NCBI GenBank assembly: GCA_051294905.1
Contig: CM119372.1
Location: 38,070,001-38,134,000 of the forward strand
Origin: Botryllus schlosseri
Taxonomy: Eukaryota
Direction: 5' to 3'
Length of the DNA: 64,000 nt
Position 1 is the stretch's first letter. Each line of letters begins with the position of its first letter. The notes under the pieces are model-generated. The model saw nothing but the letters and a program-made list of their open reading frames with translations. It did not search any database and was not told the DNA's origin. The position numbers were made by a program, and so were the translations under genes. Positions 62,266 through 64,000 of this stretch are shown in pieces.

Positions 62266-63564
62266 CAGAGGTGGTCAAAGTAGTCAAGAAATCTACTCAA
62301 GTAGAAGTAGAAGTAGCGACGAAAAAATCTACTTAAGTACGAGTAGAAGTACTTCTTCCATAAGTAACCTAAAACTACTTGAAGTCGAAGTAGAATTGAC
62401 TGACTTTAAAAGTACTCAAGTAAGTAAGTAGTTATGAAAACGATCCTAATTCGTTCACATGGACTGTAAAAAGGTGCAAATTGAGCTATGCGATAGGTGA
62501 CGAGCTTGATTCATATTGATGCATACCAGCAGGTATCCAATTTTCGCTAGCATAGGTATTCGTTCGCATCATGGGATGAAAATGATAGTATTGATATGGA
62601 AATGCGATGCTAATCCTCTGTTTTCTCGAACAGCACGTTTTAGAAAATAGCATGGTACGGCGCCATTCCCCATATTATAAGGCTCGTAGTTTAGTCGAAG
62701 AGCAGTACGGAGAAGTTGCATAGGATACGGTGTAAACACTTTGCGCGATTAGTAAACGTTAATAAAATATATGGCGGACCGTAAAAATGCCATATTGTGT
62801 AGCTTTATTTCCAGAAATTAAAGGCATTACTATTACACTTGCTTTTATACTTCAACATGTATGTTATCCAGACAAAAGAACCGATAATAATAATTATAAC
62901 TCAAAGTATATGATACTGGGAATTGAAAGTGAAATATAAATACTACTTCTAAAAGCAGAACATGTATTTCATGTTTTAGTCCAGAGAGTTTCAAAGGTGG
63001 TATGCTAGAACAGCTCGAAAACTAAAAAAAAAGTGAGAGTCCACTTTTACAGATTTGGACACGCCATGGTCATGGTCATGTTAGATTACGACATGACAAG
63101 TAAATGCTAGATTGCGAAATATCAGTTTCAAACGTTATATACTGTGATGAATTATTTGATATGGACGAAGGGCGACAATGTGGTGTGAGCGGAACCACGC
63201 CAACCCTCTATCTAAATTATATTCCCCGATACTTTCGTAAAATCATACTGGTCACTCCGTATCCAGCACTGCGCGCGAGGTGCAACGAAAATTCCGGGCT
63301 TTACTAAACTTTTATGAAAATTAAATGTTGATACTCCGTGAAATCAGCCCCGAAATTCCTCAGGCTATCTTCCTCATTGGAAGATTGAACTACTTCTACT
63401 TGACAAACTGAAAATAGCGAAAAGTAAGTAAGTGGATCACAAAATATTACGAAGTAGAAGTAGAAGTAACGAAAATAAGATCTACTTGAGTAAGTACCAG
63501 AAGTGAAAGAAAACTACTTGAGTACTTCGAAAAAGTAGAAGTACTTCGATACTGACCACCTCTG
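62266..63564. mobile_element. hAT-like element with (GAAGTA)n subterminal repeats
   Basis: TIR CAGAGGTGGTCA / TGACCACCTCTG; perfect TSD GTTATTAC. Confidence 0.9.
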
Positions 63565-64000
63565 GTTATTACCCATCTTTGAATTTCAACTTTCGGCTTT
63601 CTTTTTTCGACATCCTTTATGGGTGGTGATATATTCATAGAAATGATGAGCACTGATTCACTTGTGATACGAATTATGGATTTGGAAACACACCACGTAA
63701 CAATTTGAAACACAGACCGTGTAATGCGTAATGTGAGAATGGTAACAAAGAAGCTTTGGTGACTTCTTGTGACTTTAATTCTAGCTACATAATTTGATAC
63801 ATTGACTTTACTTTGAATCTGGATTAGGCATGTGAGGTACGTATAAGCTGCGTAATCGCGGTATGTTAATAAAAAGGCTTGATAGTAAACGAATTTCCGG
63901 TTCAGTTTATACTTCCTATGGTTTTAGTCCACGCAGCAACATTAAAAAGTAGGTTTTATATTTTAAATTTCAAGCGACCTTTGGCGGGCCGCACAGAATC

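Overview
Repeat-dense animal (metazoan) genomic DNA; no prokaryotic operons, CRISPR arrays or rRNA genes are visible. Short introns and the transposon complement suggest a marine invertebrate, possibly an ascidian (inference only). Most of the window is nested transposable elements that can be delimited by TIRs, LTRs and target-site duplications. These include more than a dozen non-autonomous hAT-like elements with 8-bp TSDs, palindromic MITEs, a pogo-type element (TA TSD), two decayed Chapaev3-like transposases and tRNA-derived SINEs. There are also CR1/L2-group LINEs, one near full length (ORF1, then PHD-APE-RT ORF2 with frameshifts). Two related Gypsy-type LTR elements each have apparently identical LTR pairs but no intact coding capacity. 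Host genes were reconstructed by hand from splice sites and intron phase: the first two coding exons of a minus-strand gene (1754 to 309), a 9-exon plus-strand gene (18266-37405) ending in a TPR-like helical domain, and a GPCR-like TM5-TM7 fragment. The most notable observations are the non-autonomous Gypsy pair sharing a conserved 12-13 nt LTR/3'-UTR complementarity, repeated insertion into the centre of palindromic MITEs, and internal bodies shared between elements with different termini. All alignments were done by eye; family names come from remembered motifs, not database searches.
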